A stretch of 11,597 nt of DNA, taken from the NCBI GenBank assembly GCA_018985225.1, contig JADGIF010000291.1, positions 1 to 11,597 of the forward strand, in the 5' to 3' direction. Numbering within the stretch: the first letter of the stretch is position 1; every line of letters starts with the position of its first letter. Shown here piece after piece: positions 7,270 through 11,597 of this stretch. Position numbers and translations under genes: made by a program. The notes under the pieces were generated by a model that searched no databases, was not told the origin of the DNA, and was given only the letters and a program-made list of their open reading frames with translations. Origin of the DNA: Amoeboradix gromovi X-113 (taxonomy: Eukaryota; Fungi; Sanchytriomycota).

Positions 7270-8570
7270 TTATTCCATAAGTTGTTGAAACATGGCTAAA
7301 ATGACCTTCATCTTCAAGACAGCAGAGTCAAAGTGTGTCGATCTGTATTCTTTAATATCTTTAACCACCTTTGTCTCTGGGTGATATGCCAATCTATTTG
7401 GTGTCTTTCCTCCTTTACCTCGAGGTGGCCAAGGAAACTACATTAACAATGAAATACTGGCCAATCAGGGTCATCCCCATTGTCGTCACCGTTTGGAATA
7501 CCTTTGATGATGTCTTTTCCGCTCCACTTGATTAATAGATCTGCCATCTCTTTGTGAGTATATCCGTTCTTTGAGTCACTCAGGTAAACGGCCGTCAAAC
7601 CAGCAACATGGGGACTTGCCATTGATGTTCCACTGATAGTATTTGTTGCAGTAACAGATCCAATCCAAGAGCTTAGTATATCCTTTCCGGGAGCTAAAAT
7701 ATCTACGCATTTGCCATGATTGCTAAACCAGGCTAGCCTGTCCTGGATGGTCGTAGCACCAACCGTAATTGCCTTTTCAGCAGCAGCAGGGCTATAATTA
7801 CAAGCATCTGCATCATCATTACCTGCAGCTACTACAAAATGAATACCAGCATCAACAGCGGCATTTACGACTTTGTCAAGAGTTCTACTTTTACCACCAC
7901 CTAGTGACATATTTGCAGCGCTTTTTGCACCTTTCCCTCTGGATTTATGGTGCTTAATTGTCCATTCAATACCTTGGATAACACCGCTGTTACTTCCGCT
8001 GCCTTTTGCGCTTAGTACTTTAACACAAACAATGGTAGCACTCTTTGCTATTCCGTAAGTTTTACCAGCAATAGTACCACTTACGTGAGTTCCGTGTCCG
8101 TTACCATCAACCGAATCCTCGTCCTCGGTAAAATCTGCAGCACTAATAGCTCTACCCTGGAATTCCTCATGTTTCGCATTACAACCAGTGTCAACAACAT
8201 AAACTGTGACGTTTACGCCGGCTTGTTTTGGGTATACATAATCATGATAATGGGCGTCATCAGGCTTTGCGATGTGACTAATTCTGCTTAGACCCCACGG
8301 TGCATCCGACTGTAACTCTGTGGTATGCATCAAAATATCCTCTTCTACGTATTCAACATTAGGATGTTGTCTAACCTGGTCTAACTCTTCAGAATTTAAA
8401 GAAGCTGCATATCCATGAACGTTGCCAATAGAAAACTTTTTATGTGCATGTCTCTTGTTTAGAGACATAGCTATGTTCTTTTTCAGTACTACAATATATT
8501 GGTTAGGTAACTTGTTGGTATTAGCATAGAGTGGTGCTAGGCCTGCAGCAAGTGACAGAATTGGAAGCAT
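7270..8570 (-). CDS. PRB1: Subtilisin-like serine protease (S8A, proteinase K / vacuolar proteinase B type) with signal peptide and I9 propeptide. Exons 8570-7458 and 7437-7270, about 426 aa.
   Basis: Catalytic motifs VYVVDTG, DGNGHGTHVSGTI and ISGTSMASPHVAG. Also APWGLSRISH, NMSLGGGKS and propeptide YIVVLK...VEYVEED. Splicing 7457-7438 restores the conserved C-terminal TPNRLAY motif. ATG at 8570 (the ORF track starts at GTG). Confidence 0.93.
7438..7457 (-). other. 20-nt spliceosomal intron in the subtilisin gene
   Basis: CCA|GTATTTCATTGTTAATGTAG|TTT contains the in-frame TAA that ends the ORF. Removal adds 55 codons, FPWPPRGKGGKTPNRLAYHP...QQLME, ending at TAA 7272-7270. Confidence 0.85.
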
Positions 8571-8617
8571 GAACACTAGTTGGGTGTTTTACTAATTTAT
8601 ATTAAGTAAAATGAAAC

Positions 8618-8630
8618 ATCGAACCAATCA
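8618..8630. promoter_or_regulatory. CCAAT box (NF-Y/HAP-like) upstream of the subtilisin gene
   Basis: ATCGAACCAATCA, about 48 nt upstream of the ATG at 8570. Identical to 7022-7034. Confidence 0.5.
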
Positions 8631-8921
8631 GGCTATGAGATGACAGAGACGTCTTTGACGATTAGCCACGTGACTAGCTTAATAAATATAATTAGAGAGT
8701 ACAGTGTGCTTAATAGCTGCAGCAAATTCTAAAATCACAAGGCTGCACAAGATTTGATGGATTTCCGAATTAAGTAAGAATCCTTCGTTTTGGAAATTTA
8801 ATTTTTACCCTAACATAATAAAAAATGTTAAATACAGGTGGAAAGCACTTATTGCAATAAACGGCTGTTATGCTTCAAAAATGGTGCAATTTTTGGCCGG
8901 TCTAAAACTGGAGAGCAATTC

Positions 8922-9287
8922 ATGCATGCCTCAATAAGTACCAAACTTCTACCTCGATCGAAGTTGATTGAAATTGAGATGTGAGTTATATTATATTAGT
9001 TTGAATTTGGATCGAAATTAGATTATCCACCTTAGTCAGTAGAGGAGTCGAATTATCAAACTTTGATAAGCATGCAACGGAATAGTACGAATAGTGGAAG
9101 ATCCAAGGTAGAGCAGTTAAATGAGTGCAAGTATATGCCAACACTTGTGTACTACTCAGATGGGTCCAAAGCAATTCAACACCCGATTGTGCACAGCCTG
9201 ATGGAACCGCTTCTGGAGAAGGACTCTGAAGAAAGCGTATACGAAGACTCACATGCCTTGAAATGCATTAAGCTAGACGATAGGTGA
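8922..9287 (+). pseudogene. Probable 3' remnant of an LRR-protein gene (last LRR, cap and unknown C-terminal domain), family member 1
   Basis: Removing a 19-nt GTGAGT...TAG intron (8981-8999) gives LLPRSKLIEIEILNLDRN. After a frameshift it reads KLDYPP*SVEE (resembling the NxLxxPPxxV LRR cap), in frame with the ORF containing NSGRSKVEQ...PTLVYYSDGSKAIQHPIVHSLMEPLLE. Confidence 0.45.
8933..8995 (+). repeat. Perfect direct repeat of at least 63 bp, copy A
   Basis: AATAAGTACCAAACTTCTACCTCGATCGAAGTTGATTGAAATTGAGATGTGAGTTATATTATA, identical to 11535-11597. Confidence 0.97.
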
Positions 9288-9540
9288 CTAAATGTTTGCG
9301 TTTGGAATGCGATCTCATTCGAGGGTACATATGCAGATGTGATTGTATTTTATATCATTTTAAGAGTCTAATTATGAATTTAACTTATACCTTAATTTAA
9401 ATTATTTTCTCTACTTACTGGTCTCGCTGTATAAGTTGTCATGAAATCTGCAAGCATATGTCTTTTGCATTCATAAGCTAATCTCTGCGATGTTATTCCA
9501 CCCTTTTCTCACAAAAGATTTCTCCAAAAAAATCTTAGCC

Positions 9541-10343
9541 ATGAATAACTAAGGTACAATGCCGTACTACATTTAGAGCAACTTGGTGTGCCACAAAACA
9601 CAAATAAAAAGATTAGCAGGACACAAGCATAACTTTCCCATGTGCTTATTGTGTAAACCTTATTCTCCACACGCAAATTCCGCATCATTTACCTATTTAG
9701 TCTTTATGTGATGTAGCAAGCTATACTGCACCATCTTATCTGAAATTAGAATAGCGTTTTGCCAGAGTCCAACTGAAGATATTTCTTCTTCATTGATATA
9801 AATTTCAAGCCTGTAATTACTTTTCTTTAGCTTTAATTCCAATCGCGTTTATACAAACTGGTGCAACTAACAGCTAGGTAAAACTGTAATTAAGAGCAAC
9901 TGATCACTACATACTCTAAATATTTACATATTACTATAGCATTTTGTTTGTAATTTATAAAAATGAAAACGTTTATTTACAACACACTTGACCCCTCTCC
10001 GCAGTAGAAAACGAATGGGAAAAAACAATATAACCTCTAATTCAGCTAGACTTAAAGTAGAACAGATGTTAAATATTAAAGAAAAACCAACTCTAGTCTA
10101 TTTCGAGGACTCTATGTGTATACAGCATCCCATAGTTTATTTTTTAATGAAGCCAATTTTAGAAAGATTCTAGCCGCTAATTGGAATCAGAATTACCGTA
10201 ATATAGCTAAATCTTTGATTTTGAATTTTTTAAATTGGCATCCATGGTTTGAGTGCCGCATGGATCGTTCGAATAATCATCTAAAATCAGATTTATATCA
10301 CTCAAAGTGTTTTATAATTGATTGCAGGCTCTATCTGAGCTAA
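9541..10343 (+). pseudogene. Decayed paralogue (family member 2): broken LRR-like segments followed by the PTLVY/IQHPIV domain and a KSxI...WxxWF...LKS segment
   Basis: ORF 9988-10173 NSARLKVEQ...PTLVYFEDSMCIQHPIVYFLMKPILE is clearly similar to ORF 9063-9287. Upstream fragments LEQLGVPQN/QIKRL (from 9573) and CNL*K*KRLF (9949-9978). Many stops and frameshifts. Boundaries are approximate. Confidence 0.45.
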
Positions 10344-10840
10344 GTGTTGTTTCTTGGTGCCTAGATACTTGCATTGACCTTTCCAAATAAACTTTTTTTC
10401 CATTAATTCTTTTGTTTACGAATAAAATGTAAGCATATATTCTGGCTCAAACAAATAATTTCGCGGCTTATTATTGAGCTAAATATCATAAACAAAAAAG
10501 ATAGCTCCACTTTTTCAAATTGTTTTACAACATGAGTAGCTTAAATTGGGCTTTATAATCAGAATTTCTAAAATAACTTTGTTATTATGATAGCTAAATT
10601 AAAATTTTAAATAAGATCTTGTAAATAGATTCTCATGGCATCCATGCCCCTCACCCGATCTCTAACGCAACGGAATGCTTTAAAGACTTTGCAGATGAAG
10701 TTACTGGTAGTACATCCAGAACCAAATAAGCCTGGTGACACTTTTAAATTTAAGAACTGAAGCCTGTTAAGTTAGGGCTGCAAATAATGCACTGAATTGA
10801 CTCTTTATGGTCAAATATCGAACAGTCCATAAGTAAGTAG

Positions 10841-11597
10841 CTTCCCGAAAGTTTCCTTTTGCTAAAAAGCACCCGCGGAATAAAAGAGCATGATAAAATA
10901 GCGGTACTAGAACTATTCAGTTTACTTATCCATGATTATAATAGCGTCGTAAAGTCAAGTATATATAAGTACTTAGTAGAGTGGCTGGATTGGTTTCCAA
11001 GATTTAATTACAGAAAAAATGACTTTAAGTTGAAGTCTGGGACATACTTTAAGTATTTTTTGCTTGGCATTCTTTTATAGACAATTTTGATGCTCATGTA
11101 TTAACCGAAATGATATGACAAAACAAGTTATCAAAAAATTCGATTTTTCTCAGTCGAAGTGGAAACAGACAGGACGAAATTATAAGAATATTTTGTGATC
11201 ATTTACCTTCCTGCAAATGTCTCGATCTTGAATTCTAAGTAAAACTAGCATAACCTCTCCATGTTTACAGATACGTCACAATCCTGAAAAACCACATTGG
11301 TTGAATCGGACCAGAAATCGGTAACTGGCTTATTGCCTATTCGAATCTTAAAAAATTACAGTTTTCTTGTTTGCTTTCACGGTTTATATTTTTATTTGAG
11401 CACTAAGTAAATAAGGCAGCCCAAAATTCTAAGATGCTTAAAATGGCTTTTATGCAGATAATCTGTTTCCCTATCCAATAACATCGGATCGATCTTTCCG
11501 CTTAGATTAGTGAAAGTGACACCCCTTTGTACTGAATAAGTACCAAACTTCTACCTCGATCGAAGTTGATTGAAATTGAGATGTGAGTTATATTATA
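10841..11597 (+). pseudogene. Further decayed family fragments (KSxI...WxxWF...LKS segment and LRR-like pieces) running into repeat copy B
   Basis: ORF 10859-11080 aligns with ORF 10116-10343. LRR-like pieces LPESFLLLKS (10841), PEIGN (11311), NLKKLQF (11344) and SLSNN (11468) occur in broken frames. Confidence 0.35.
11535..11597 (+). repeat. Perfect direct repeat, copy B, truncated by the window end
   Basis: Identical to 8933-8995, offset by 2602 bp. Confidence 0.97.

Noticed and set aside
7280-7290. 9-nt match (TCAACAACT, minus strand) between the copy 2 predicted guide and the subtilisin 3' exon
   Set aside because: Too short to exceed chance in AT-rich DNA, and not preceded by a GG-type motif.
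345-8291. Short antisense ORFs inside the lipase, FEX, secreted protein, 416-aa and subtilisin genes
   Set aside because: Fully nested opposite well-supported genes, with no independent motifs.

Overview
AT-rich, gene-dense eukaryotic DNA, most likely from an early-diverging fungus with a compact genome (inferred from gene families and intron style). Housekeeping genes are a TGL1-like lipase, a FEX fluoride exporter, an Msc2/Cis4-like zinc CDF transporter and a proteinase B-like subtilisin. There is also a small Cys-rich secreted protein and an orphan protein with three unusual CxC...HxxxC/H repeats. Three things stand out. (1) Two head-to-tail, internally deleted Fanzor2/IS607-TnpB-type elements at about 3746-4325 and 4417-4803. 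Aligning them by hand defines a shared left-end motif, an approximately 120-nt structured omegaRNA-like scaffold with a compensatory base change, and a sharp right end (...AAYGAGG) followed by different flanks, so each would carry a different guide. (2) GT-AG introns of only 19-20 nt, needed to restore conserved motifs in the lipase and the subtilisin. (3) A decayed, tandemly duplicated LRR-like gene cluster at about 8.9-11.6 kb. All calls come from reading and hand alignment; no database searches were run.
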